Assembly: GCA_028712155.1 (NCBI GenBank)
Contig: JAQTQO010000002.1
Location: 11,851-75,850, forward strand
Length of the DNA stretch: 64,000 nt
Source of the DNA: Patescibacteria group bacterium
GTDB taxonomy: Bacteria > Patescibacteriota > Patescibacteriia > Buchananbacterales > GWA2-38-13
Direction: 5' to 3'
Under the pieces are notes generated by a model. It made no database searches, was not told the DNA's origin, and worked only from the letters and a program-made list of their open reading frames with translations. The translations under genes were made by a program, and so were the position numbers. How positions within the stretch are numbered: position 1 is the stretch's first letter; each line of letters begins with the position of its first letter. This document shows positions 38,624 to 46,999 of the stretch, piece after piece.

Positions 38624-39807
38624 ATATCCTCTTTATCACCGCGCCGGAGCCGCCCAATCTTTTCCACCGCATCCGGGCGCTGAATTTGATCAAGTATCTC
38701 GGCCGCGACCACGCGGTGCACCTCGTGTCGCTCACGGGCAATCAACATCCCAACAGTGACGGCCTACGGCCCTGGTGCAACGAAAGCCGCCTCGTGTACC
38801 AGCCGAAATGGCGGGCGCTCGTAAATTGCCTGCGTTCCATCGCCACGCTGACGCCGCTGGAAGTCGCGTACTGCACCAGCAAGGGTATGAACGATGCGGT
38901 AAAAACAATTCTGAAAAAATCACCGATCGACCTCATCTACATCAAGCGTTTGCGCAGCATTCAGTTTGTCCCTCCCGATACCACGGTTCCCTGCATTGTA
39001 GACACCACCGACGCGATGAGCTGGTACTACCGCCAAGCCAAGCGCGCCGTGCCGTGGTACCGCAAACCGCTTTTTTATCACGAAGCGCGCACCTACCGCG
39101 ATTACGAACGGCAACTGTTGAAGCGCTTTCCGTATTGGGTGGTGTGCTCGCCGCTTGATGCCGAGTATTTGAAAACGATGGCGCCGCCGGAGGCAAAATT
39201 TTGGGTCATCCCCAACGGCGTTGACACGGAGTATTTCCGGCCGATTACCCGGGTACCCGAAACCAACACGATACTCTTTTCCGGCCTGATGGATAAATTC
39301 GTCAACGTCCAGGCCGCCATCTTCTTGGTTAAAGAAATTCTACCGCACATTACCCGGGCGGTGCCGAATGTTGTCGTCTACCTCGTCGGCCCCAAACCGT
39401 CGGTATCCGTCCGCCGGCTGGCGTCACAAAACGTCAAAGTTATCGGTGTTGCACCCGATTTGCGGGAATACCTTGCCCGCGGTCAAGTGGTCGCTTGCCC
39501 GGTGCAAACCGGCGTGGGGACGCGGAACAAGATCCTGCAGGCCTGGGCCGTCGGGCGTCCGGTCGTGACCACCACCAAAGGATTGGAAGGGCTGGAAGGC
39601 GCCAACGAACGGGACGTCCTTTGCGCCGACACGGCAATGGATTTCGCCCGCCAGACCGTCCGATTGCTGCAGGATGCCGCACTCCGGCAGCGGTTAGCGG
39701 AAAACGGACTTGCGCTCGTGCGGGAACGGTATGCAATGGAAATTATCATTCAACGCGTCAACGAACTGCTCGAAACGGTGCGGCGAATGAAGCCGCGGGC
39801 GGATTGA
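38620..39807 (+). CDS. Glycosyltransferase family 4 (GT-B)
   Basis: N-terminal MNILFITAPEPPNL...; C-terminal ...QVVACPVQTGVGTRNKILQAWAVGRPVVTT is a GT4-like motif. Confidence 0.65.
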   Translation: MNILFITAPEPPNLFHRIRALNLIKYLGRDHAVHLVSLTGNQHPNSDGLRPWCNESRLVYQPKWRALVNCLRSIATLTPLEVAYCTSKGMNDAVKTILKKSPIDLIYIKRLRSIQFVPPDTTVPCIVDTTDAMSWYYRQAKRAVPWYRKPLFYHEARTYRDYERQLLKRFPYWVVCSPLDAEYLKTMAPPEAKFWVIPNGVDTEYFRPITRVPETNTILFSGLMDKFVNVQAAIFLVKEILPHITRAVPNVVVYLVGPKPSVSVRRLASQNVKVIGVAPDLREYLARGQVVACPVQTGVGTRNKILQAWAVGRPVVTTTKGLEGLEGANERDVLCADTAMDFARQTVRLLQDAALRQRLAENGLALVRERYAMEIIIQRVNELLETVRRMKPRAD

Positions 39808-39881
39808 ACCCCGCCGCATGCGGGGCAGCCGGCAGTTGCCGGCCATTGCCCAAAGCGTTACAATAGCCTGGTGCAGCTGTT

Positions 39882-41225
39882 ATGAAAATTCTCCTGTTCG
39901 TCAGCGACATGGTCGCAACGGTAGCGGCCTTTTTCGTAGCGTACGCGATCCGCAATGTCGGCCCGCTGCGAAATACTTTCGACACCATCCACCAGCCGTT
40001 TGGAGTGTACCTGGCCGCCCTGCCGGTCGCCGTCGCCCTACTGCTGCTGATCTTGCGTTTGCGCGGCCTCTACCACCCCCGGAGTCGCATGTACACCGGC
40101 CAGGAAGTGCTGATGGTGATCCAATCCGTCACCCTCTGGGCGCTGCTGATCGCCGCCGGATCGTACTTCGTGAAGTACGACTACTCGCGGGTCATCGTGA
40201 CGTTATTTTGGTTGACGACGATATTCGCCGTAAGTTTCGGCCGGTTCCTGGTCGGACGATTCGCCCTGCACTTAGCCGAGGACAGCGCCCTTTGCACCAA
40301 CGTTATCATTGTCGGTACCGGACGACCCGCCAAAACTATCGCCCGACAGCTGCAGCAATATTTCCGGCATGGCTACCGGCTGATTGGTTTTGTCGGCGGC
40401 AACGGTGGCACGGAACCGACGCTGGGACCGCTGGCTGATCTGCCGCAGCTTTTAAAAACCCACCGGATCTCGCAGGTGTACTGCGTCGAACCGTCGCTGG
40501 CGTACCGGCAGGTCCTTGACCTCATCAACGGCTGTCCCAAATCCGATGTGGAATTTCTCATCACCGCGAATATCTTTCCTCACCTCGGACACACCACGCT
40601 GCCGTACGAACTGGGGACTATCCCGTCCCTCGACCTGAAAAAAGCCCGGCCGACGACGATCTACCGCATGGCCAAACGGGCGATGGACCTTACCGCCGGC
40701 GCCGCCGGGCTGATCGTCAGCTCTCCGTTGTGGCTGGCTATCGCCTGGGCGATAAAATCAGACTCCCCCGGCCCGGTCATCATCCGCCAAACCCGCGTCG
40801 GAAAAGACGGGCACACATTTACGCTCTACAAATTCCGCACTATGGTGGCGGAGACCAACACGTACGCGCCCGCGCCGCAATCCAATAACGACCAGCGGAT
40901 TACCCGGATCGGCCGCATCTTGCGTCGCTTCAGCCTCGACGAGCTGCCGCAATTCTTGAACGTCGTCCGCGGCGAGATGAGCCTGGTCGGACCGCGCCCC
41001 GAAATGCCATTCATCGTACAGCATTATGAGGAATGGCAAAAAAGACGTTTGGCCGTAAAACCGGGACTGACCGGGCTGTGGCAAATCCTCGGCCGCAAGG
41101 ATTTGCCCTTGCATGATAATCTGGAGTACGATTTCTACTACGTCAATAACCAGTCGCTGCTGCTGGATTTGGAAATCTTGGTGCGCACCGTCCCGCAGAT
41201 CATTTTTGGAAAAGGAGCGTACTAA
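39882..41225 (+). CDS. Polyprenyl-phosphate glycosyl-1-phosphate transferase (WbaP/bacterial sugar transferase family) #2
   Basis: 447 aa, paralogous to the 30135-31478 product (same architecture; ...LDELPQFLNVVRGEMSLVGPRPE...KPGLTGLWQI). Confidence 0.8.
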   Translation: MKILLFVSDMVATVAAFFVAYAIRNVGPLRNTFDTIHQPFGVYLAALPVAVALLLLILRLRGLYHPRSRMYTGQEVLMVIQSVTLWALLIAAGSYFVKYDYSRVIVTLFWLTTIFAVSFGRFLVGRFALHLAEDSALCTNVIIVGTGRPAKTIARQLQQYFRHGYRLIGFVGGNGGTEPTLGPLADLPQLLKTHRISQVYCVEPSLAYRQVLDLINGCPKSDVEFLITANIFPHLGHTTLPYELGTIPSLDLKKARPTTIYRMAKRAMDLTAGAAGLIVSSPLWLAIAWAIKSDSPGPVIIRQTRVGKDGHTFTLYKFRTMVAETNTYAPAPQSNNDQRITRIGRILRRFSLDELPQFLNVVRGEMSLVGPRPEMPFIVQHYEEWQKRRLAVKPGLTGLWQILGRKDLPLHDNLEYDFYYVNNQSLLLDLEILVRTVPQIIFGKGAY

Positions 41226-41310
41226 AAAAAATTAAATTTAGGAATTCATCCCGCCCCTGGCGGGACTCCAATATTTTTTGGCTTTGCGCCTAACGTTGTA
41301 AACTAATCCC

Positions 41311-43194
41311 ATGCTTTCCCAGCACTACTCACGATACATTTTTTGGGGGCTTTTCGCTCTGGTGCCGATAACGACGATACTCGGCTGGTCAACCCGGCAA
41401 ATCTGGGGAACCCTGCTGGTTTCCGGCATCGTCTTCACGCTGCTTTTTTTGGACGCCCTGGGCGGCTGGCACGAACCACGCCAACGCCTGCCGCTCCCCC
41501 TGCTCATGTTTGCCGGGTTGCTGCTCACCGCAACCCTGGTTTCCACGTACGCATATGCTTCACTCATCGTCCTGCTCCAGTTCGGGGCAGGCTGCGCCGT
41601 CTTCTCCCTGGCCCAACGCCACGGTCAACCGGCTGCACGACAGCAATGGATCAGCGCCGCGCTCATCGCCGGCGGTGCCGTTTCCGCCGCGTACGCCGTC
41701 GCGCAGACTTTTCAGCTCAAAAACTTAGAAACCGGGGTCGGCGCCACGTTCATTTGGAAAAACACACTGGCCGGCTTTTTGACGCTCGTTGCGCCGCTCG
41801 CGCTCACGGCGTACCTGGGGACGGCGCAGCGTTGGTTAAAAGTACTGCTTGGCATTGCCCTGGCAATGTTTGGCACCGCGCTCTATTTCACCAATTCGCA
41901 GGCGGCATGGCTTGCCACTGCCATCGGGGGCGTGATAGTCATTTGGGGAAATGCCGTCCACGGGCAACGGTCGACTCCTGCGGTTCTCAAGTCGCTGATC
42001 GTTCCCGCGGCGTTGACCCTGACGGCAATCGTTGCCATTTTTCAGGCCAATGCCCGCTTGTACCCCGCGACGAGCGCCACCGCTGCCACGGCAACGGTTA
42101 TCACCACGATCCCCGCCTCTTCAATCCAATCCCGCCTGTCCTACTGGGCGACGAGCTGGGAAATCGTCAAGGATTTTCCGCTGCTGGGCGTCGGCCCGGG
42201 CAACTTTGCGACGTGGTACGCCCACAAATTCACCCAGCCGTGGCTCTATGTCATCAGCCCGCACAATTACCTGGTGTACCTGGCGGTGACCGCCGGAATT
42301 CCCGCGACGATAGTTTTTTTGTGGTTTGTGCTGCAGGCCGCCGTGCAGACGCGGCGGTGGCTTAGGCACGCGCGAACCGAGAAATTCCCCGCACAACGCT
42401 TTGCGCTGGTGCTCGCTTGGGCGGCGGCGGGTACGTGCCTGTTGCTGCACAGCCTGCTCGATTTAAGCCTGGAAGTTCCGGCGATCAGCCTGCTATGGTG
42501 GCTCGTGCTCGGTCTGCTGTACGCCAATCTCGAGGCAGATGCGCCAAGGCAGGCTGCGCGCGCCGGCGGAAACATCGGGCGGCTGGTGCTCGCTTCCGGG
42601 TTCGTGGGGATGGTCATGGCCGCCCTGTTCGCCGACAACTACTACCAACGGGCATTTTCCCTGCAGGGGGGAATCGGCCAGGCCGAGGAACGATTACGGT
42701 TGCTGGAGCAATCGCGACGGCTGATGCCGTGGTCGGCCGACACCATCGAGGCGATTGCCGTTGCTCATTGGGATGCCGTGCTGGAACACGTCGGCGACCG
42801 GCAAACCCACATGGATGCAGCGCTGACTGCGGCACAGTCCGCGGTCGCCCTTGATCCGGCCGCCGCGCATCGTCACTGGGTGCTCGGCAGGATGTATTCC
42901 CAGGTGCACACGCCGCAGCGCCCGTACGGAGCGCTGGCCATCGCCCACCTGCAGCAAGCCATTGCGTACGACTTCCATGACCCGGGCTACTATAGAACAC
43001 TGGCGGAAGCCTACCTGCGTTTTGATCTGCGGCGACAGGCCCGCCAAACCATTGATGCCGGTCTCGCCCTTTACCCGCCGGAGGAAATCTCGCGCATCGT
43101 GGCCGGGGCGGTCGTCTACGAGCAGTTCGGGCTCAGGGAACGACTCGAGCAACTCAAGGAACTCCGGCAGTACACGGAACCAAAACCGAATTGA
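41311..43194 (+). CDS. O-antigen ligase/polymerase family (Wzy_C) membrane protein with C-terminal TPR repeats; candidate PglL/TfpO-like O-oligosaccharyltransferase
   Basis: ~10 TM segments. ...YVISPHNYLVYLAVTAGIPATIVFLWF... is Wzy_C-like. The C-terminal ~200 aa are TPR-like. The gene is convergent on and immediately adjacent to the major pilin gene. Confidence 0.6.
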   Translation: MLSQHYSRYIFWGLFALVPITTILGWSTRQIWGTLLVSGIVFTLLFLDALGGWHEPRQRLPLPLLMFAGLLLTATLVSTYAYASLIVLLQFGAGCAVFSLAQRHGQPAARQQWISAALIAGGAVSAAYAVAQTFQLKNLETGVGATFIWKNTLAGFLTLVAPLALTAYLGTAQRWLKVLLGIALAMFGTALYFTNSQAAWLATAIGGVIVIWGNAVHGQRSTPAVLKSLIVPAALTLTAIVAIFQANARLYPATSATAATATVITTIPASSIQSRLSYWATSWEIVKDFPLLGVGPGNFATWYAHKFTQPWLYVISPHNYLVYLAVTAGIPATIVFLWFVLQAAVQTRRWLRHARTEKFPAQRFALVLAWAAAGTCLLLHSLLDLSLEVPAISLLWWLVLGLLYANLEADAPRQAARAGGNIGRLVLASGFVGMVMAALFADNYYQRAFSLQGGIGQAEERLRLLEQSRRLMPWSADTIEAIAVAHWDAVLEHVGDRQTHMDAALTAAQSAVALDPAAAHRHWVLGRMYSQVHTPQRPYGALAIAHLQQAIAYDFHDPGYYRTLAEAYLRFDLRRQARQTIDAGLALYPPEEISRIVAGAVVYEQFGLRERLEQLKELRQYTEPKPN

Positions 43195-43224
43195 GCAGTA
43201 GGGGCACGGCATTCCCCACATTTA

Positions 43225-43260
43225 CATAAACAACCCCGCTCCGATTTTCATCGGAGCGGG
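43225..43260 (-). terminator. Rho-independent terminator of the major pilin gene
   Basis: Perfect 12-bp stem CCCCGCTCCGAT/ATCGGAGCGGGG at 43233-43244 and 43249-43260 with loop TTTC. A T-rich tract follows on the minus strand (plus AACAAA at 43225-43232). Confidence 0.7.
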
Positions 43261-43288
43261 GGTACCTTATGTAGACCTCAATTTCCTT

Positions 43289-43825
43289 CTAGTGCAGACA
43301 CGTGGCGTAGATCCCGGTTTCGGTCGTGCAGTTAACACCGGCGATCAACGGTCCAGTCGCGCCGTCCGGATCGTTTTCCAGACGGAAATGGATGTTGTAA
43401 TTATTACAGTTGGCGGCACAGGTGCTGCCAGCAGTCATCGTGAAGTACGCGTAGTTGCACTTCGTAGTTGCTGACCCGCCCTGCGCACAGGCAACTCCTG
43501 CAGCGACATTATCCGGATCCCGTGGGGCTGAAGCGAGGTACAGCGGTGAAGCGCAACTCCCCTGAGTCGTCTTCCAGCCACTGGCCGAATCAAGACAGAA
43601 CAGCTGCGAACCAATTTCCGCTGACGCCGCGAGCGGGTAGTACTGTTTGTCGTTGAAGTAGAGCTCCAGTGCGGTCTGGACTTGCTTCATGTCCGAGGTG
43701 CGCTTGGAATCCCGCGCCTTCGACCGCGCCGAACTCAGCGCGACGATCGCGAGCGTCGACAGCAAGCCGATGATGGCAATGACCACCAACAGCTCGATGA
43801 GCGTAAACCCTTTTCGTGCTTTCAT
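43289..43825 (-). CDS. pilA: Type IV major pilin (PilA-like)
   Basis: ATG at 43825, preceded by the SD AAGGGGGTG. MKARKG|FTLIELLVVIAIIGLLSTLAIVAL is a classic type IVa prepilin leader and N-terminal helix. C-terminal Cys pair (C...TC). The tool ORF start at 43858 reads through the RBS. Confidence 0.85.
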   Translation of the reverse strand: MKARKGFTLIELLVVIAIIGLLSTLAIVALSSARSKARDSKRTSDMKQVQTALELYFNDKQYYPLAASAEIGSQLFCLDSASGWKTTQGSCASPLYLASAPRDPDNVAAGVACAQGGSATTKCNYAYFTMTAGSTCAANCNNYNIHFRLENDPDGATGPLIAGVNCTTETGIYATCLH

Positions 43826-43908
43826 TGTGTCACCCCCTTCCCGATTGTTTCCCTTCACTGTTCCACCTGGTATAAAAGGGAAACCGAAAAACCCTTCGAT
43901 TTAATTGA

Positions 43909-43914
43909 ATTATA
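43909..43914 (-). promoter_or_regulatory. Candidate -10 hexamer (TATAAT on minus strand, preceded by TG) in the AT-rich pilA upstream region
   Basis: Minus-strand TGTATAAT lies ~85 nt upstream of the pilA ATG, inside a ~310-bp ~35% GC intergenic region (43859-44171). No convincing -35 element. Confidence 0.25.
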
Positions 43915-44171
43915 CATTATTTTCTGGAACTCCGCCAGGGAATAACTTATCAACAGTTCAATACTGATAAATTTGAATCCACGATGATCTCGCACTGAAT
44001 CAAAAACGATCATTCCCATCCGTATCCGATCAAAGTACACTCGTAAAAAATCAATAATTTAGCTCATAGATTGGCCCGAATCCGCCATCTGGAGCCAAAA
44101 TGACTACAGGCGAAAAAATCTTCAGAAACATATTAGGCCACAAAATAACATAAAAAGCAAAAAAATATCCG

Positions 44172-45377
44172 TCACACCGCTTCCGTAAGTTTATAGAGCG
44201 GCAAGATCACGGCAGCAACCATTAATCCGACGGCCACGGCCATGGTGGCAATCACCATAGGCTCAATCAGGCTGACGAGATTGCGCACCACGTTGTCAAT
44301 CTCACGGGTGTAAAAATCCGTCATTTTCTCCAGCACATGATCAATCCGCCCGGTCTTTTCGCCGACGTTGAGCATCTGCGACACCATGAACGGCACCACC
44401 GGACTGTGCAAAAATACCGAGGCAATGGGATTGCCGTCTTCCACTTCGCGGATGGTGGCTAAAATCACCTTGCGGTAAACTTCGTTGCCCACCACGTCGG
44501 CGGTGATCGCCAGCGCCTGCGGCAAGTTCACGCCGCCGACAATCAGCGTGTGCAGGCTCCGGCTGAAACGCACCAGGGCAATGCGCTGGTACAGCTTGCC
44601 GAACACCGGCACCCGCAGCTTCACGGTATCCCACGCCAGCCTTCCGGCGGGCGTCCGAAGCGAATAGTACCCGCCGACGGCAAGCCCGACGAGCGTGAGC
44701 AGCAAGAGCAGCCACCAGTGCTGTAAAATATCACTCGCAGTAATCAGAATTTTGGTCGAAAGCGGCAGCTCCACGCCGCTTTCGATGAGAATGTCGGTAA
44801 TTTTCGGGATCACATATACCATCATCAGCACGCCCACCACGACCAGGCCGGAGAGGATGAAAATCGGATAAATCATCGCACCTTTGATGCGGGAAGTCAG
44901 GTCGTAATCTTTCTCGAGCTGATTAGCCAGGTACTCGAGCACCTCGTCAAGCTTGCCGGAAGTTTCACCCGAACGGATGATGTTGACGTAAAAGCTGTCA
45001 AAAACACGCCGGTGCCGCCCGAGCGCCACGGACAGCTTGGTACCGGCTTCAACGTCATCGGCGATTTCCGAAACGGCCACCTTGAGGTGTTTGTTCGGCG
45101 TCTGGGCGATGAGGATGCGCAGCGACTGCACGAGCGGAACATTGGCGGATACCAAAACCGCCAGCTGGCGCGAGAATACGACCGTGTCGCGCACTTTGAT
45201 ATGCTTGAGGAACGAGAGGGAAACCCCGAGGATGCCCCCGGATACCGGATGGAGGTACAGGATGGTCAGCCCGCGCTCGCGGAGACTTTCGACGGCCAGG
45301 TCTTCGCTCGCCGCCTGCACCAATCCGGAAATGGTCGTATTCTCGCTGGTTCGCGCTTTGTAGGAAAATTCAGGCAC
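44172..45377 (-). CDS. pilC: Type IV pilus assembly platform protein PilC (GspF family)
   Basis: 401 aa with two GspF repeats and 3 TM segments. ...MPEFSYKARTSENTTISGLVQAASEDLAVESLRERGLTIL.... Confidence 0.85.
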   Translation of the reverse strand: MPEFSYKARTSENTTISGLVQAASEDLAVESLRERGLTILYLHPVSGGILGVSLSFLKHIKVRDTVVFSRQLAVLVSANVPLVQSLRILIAQTPNKHLKVAVSEIADDVEAGTKLSVALGRHRRVFDSFYVNIIRSGETSGKLDEVLEYLANQLEKDYDLTSRIKGAMIYPIFILSGLVVVGVLMMVYVIPKITDILIESGVELPLSTKILITASDILQHWWLLLLLTLVGLAVGGYYSLRTPAGRLAWDTVKLRVPVFGKLYQRIALVRFSRSLHTLIVGGVNLPQALAITADVVGNEVYRKVILATIREVEDGNPIASVFLHSPVVPFMVSQMLNVGEKTGRIDHVLEKMTDFYTREIDNVVRNLVSLIEPMVIATMAVAVGLMVAAVILPLYKLTEAV

Positions 45378-45453
45378 AGAAAAAATTCAAAATTATGGAG
45401 TCCCGCCCAGGACGGGACGGAATAATTACCTCAATTTTGCATTTTGCATTTTC

Positions 45454-46533
45454 TTATCCGTATCCCCGGATCATCATCCGCAGATTCTCCGGATCAATCG
45501 CTTCCGCCAGCGCCGCCGCGCCGGAGATCGTACCGGCCTTCACCAGCGCCGACAACGACTGGTCGAGACTGACCATTCCTTCCTGCTGGGATGTCTGCAG
45601 CACTGACTGCAGCTGTGCCATGCGGCCGTCGCGGAACAACGACCGCGTCGCCGGCGTGGCCGTGAGCACCTCCAGCGCCGCCACCCGTCCGCCGGAGATC
45701 CGCGGGAGCAAGCGCTGGCAGACCACTGCTTCAAGGCATTCCGCCAGCTGCTCCTGGGCCAACCCCCGGTTCTCGCTCGGGTACACGGCGATCATCCGCT
45801 CGATCGCCTGCACGGCCGAAACGGCGTTCATGACCACGTAGACCAGCCGCCCGAACGCGGCCAGTTCGATGGCCGCACGCAGGGTGCCCGGCTCATCATT
45901 CTCGCCGACCAGGATCACCGTCACGTCCTCCTGGTTGCATTCCTCGAGCGCCTGCAGGAAACTCGGCACGTCCCGGCCGACTTCGCGCTGCACCACGATG
46001 CTTTTCGCGCTGGTGATCAAATACTCCACCGGCTGCTCAATCGTCAAAATATTCTCCGAGCGGGTTTCGTTCACCTGCTGCACGATCGCCGCCGCCGTCG
46101 TGCTGCGCCCGGAATTATAGGGACCGGACACGATGACCAAACCGCGGCGAATTTCCACCAAACGGGCAATGGCCTGAGGCAGGCCGAGCTGCTGTAGATT
46201 CGGCACGGTCGTGGGCACCAGCCGCAAGGTGAATGCCAATCCCCCCCGCTGGTAGTACGCCGTCACCCGCAGCCGGAGCTTGCCTTCGAACAGAAAGACG
46301 AAACGCACCAAGCGATGCCGCTCAAGCGCTTCCTGCTGCGCAGCGTCGAGCAGCTCGCCTTTGAGCTCTTCCAAAAAATCCTTGGTCAGCACCTCGGCGT
46401 CGGTCAGTTCGATCAAACCGGAATCCATGCGCAGCACCGGCAATCCGCCGGCGAGCAAGTGGATGTCCGAAGCCTGACGCTTGGACGCCATCCCGATAAT
46501 CTTCCCCAGCAAAAGGTGAATGGCCGTTTTCAT
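45454..46533 (-). CDS. PilT-like retraction ATPase homologue with degenerate catalytic motifs (likely pseudo-ATPase)
   Basis: PilT-like N-terminus (ASDIHLLAGGLPVLRMDSG). The Walker A motif is GPYNSGRST, with K replaced by R. The Asp box is TIEQPVEY, against canonical TIEDPIE. The Walker B region is VILVGENDE. The His box is RLVYVVMNAV, with both His lost. Start overlaps the upstream response-regulator gene. Confidence 0.7.
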   Translation of the reverse strand: MKTAIHLLLGKIIGMASKRQASDIHLLAGGLPVLRMDSGLIELTDAEVLTKDFLEELKGELLDAAQQEALERHRLVRFVFLFEGKLRLRVTAYYQRGGLAFTLRLVPTTVPNLQQLGLPQAIARLVEIRRGLVIVSGPYNSGRSTTAAAIVQQVNETRSENILTIEQPVEYLITSAKSIVVQREVGRDVPSFLQALEECNQEDVTVILVGENDEPGTLRAAIELAAFGRLVYVVMNAVSAVQAIERMIAVYPSENRGLAQEQLAECLEAVVCQRLLPRISGGRVAALEVLTATPATRSLFRDGRMAQLQSVLQTSQQEGMVSLDQSLSALVKAGTISGAAALAEAIDPENLRMMIRGYG

Positions 46534-46910
46534 ACCTTGATGACCGCCTTAATTTTTTTGACTACTTCCGACGGCATAAAATGCGCCTTGATCAGGTAGT
46601 CGGCCGCCCCAAGCTCCAATCCCCGCCGCACTTCGTCCCGCTGGCTCAAGTTGGTCAGTAAGATGACCGGGATGGCTTTACCCGCCGGGTCTTCGCGCAG
46701 TGTTTTGAGCACCTCAAAGCCGTCCATCTTGGGCAGAATGATATCCAGCAGCACCAGATCCGGGTGTTTCTCGCGCGCGAGTTTCAAACCTTTTTTGCCG
46801 TCGGCAGCCGTCACCACCTCAAACCCTTCAAGGTTGAGCTTGGTGGCATACAGTTCGGACAGAAACTCATCGTCTTCGACCAGGAGAATGACGGGTTTTG
46901 ACTTGGGCAT
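46530..46910 (-). CDS. Single-domain CheY-like response regulator (PilH/PilG-like)
   Basis: 126 aa. ...ILLVEDDEFLSELYATKL...DLVLLDIILPKMDGFEVLKTL... contains the receiver-domain residues (DD...D...K). It is embedded between pilB and the pilT-like gene. Confidence 0.8.
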   Translation of the reverse strand: MPKSKPVILLVEDDEFLSELYATKLNLEGFEVVTAADGKKGLKLAREKHPDLVLLDIILPKMDGFEVLKTLREDPAGKAIPVILLTNLSQRDEVRRGLELGAADYLIKAHFMPSEVVKKIKAVIKV

Positions 46911-46999
46911 AGGCTAAAGTTGGCGGGCAAGATAAGCGCAAAACGTAAAAATTGCAGCGTAAATTTCAAAACTTTGTAAATGTTTCTCGCTTAACGCTT

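Noticed and set aside
43826-43858. Tool-predicted N-terminal extension of the pilin ORF (MKGNNREGGDT)
   Set aside because: The extension is the translation of the Shine-Dalgarno region (AAGGGGGTG). The prepilin leader MKARKG|F begins at 43825, which gives the canonical short type IV leader.
43859-44171. Sigma54 (-24 GG / -12 GC) promoter upstream of pilA, as found in some type IV pilin genes
   Set aside because: Scanning the minus strand found no TGGCAC-N5-TTGCA-like element with correct spacing; only a sigma70-like TATAAT was found.
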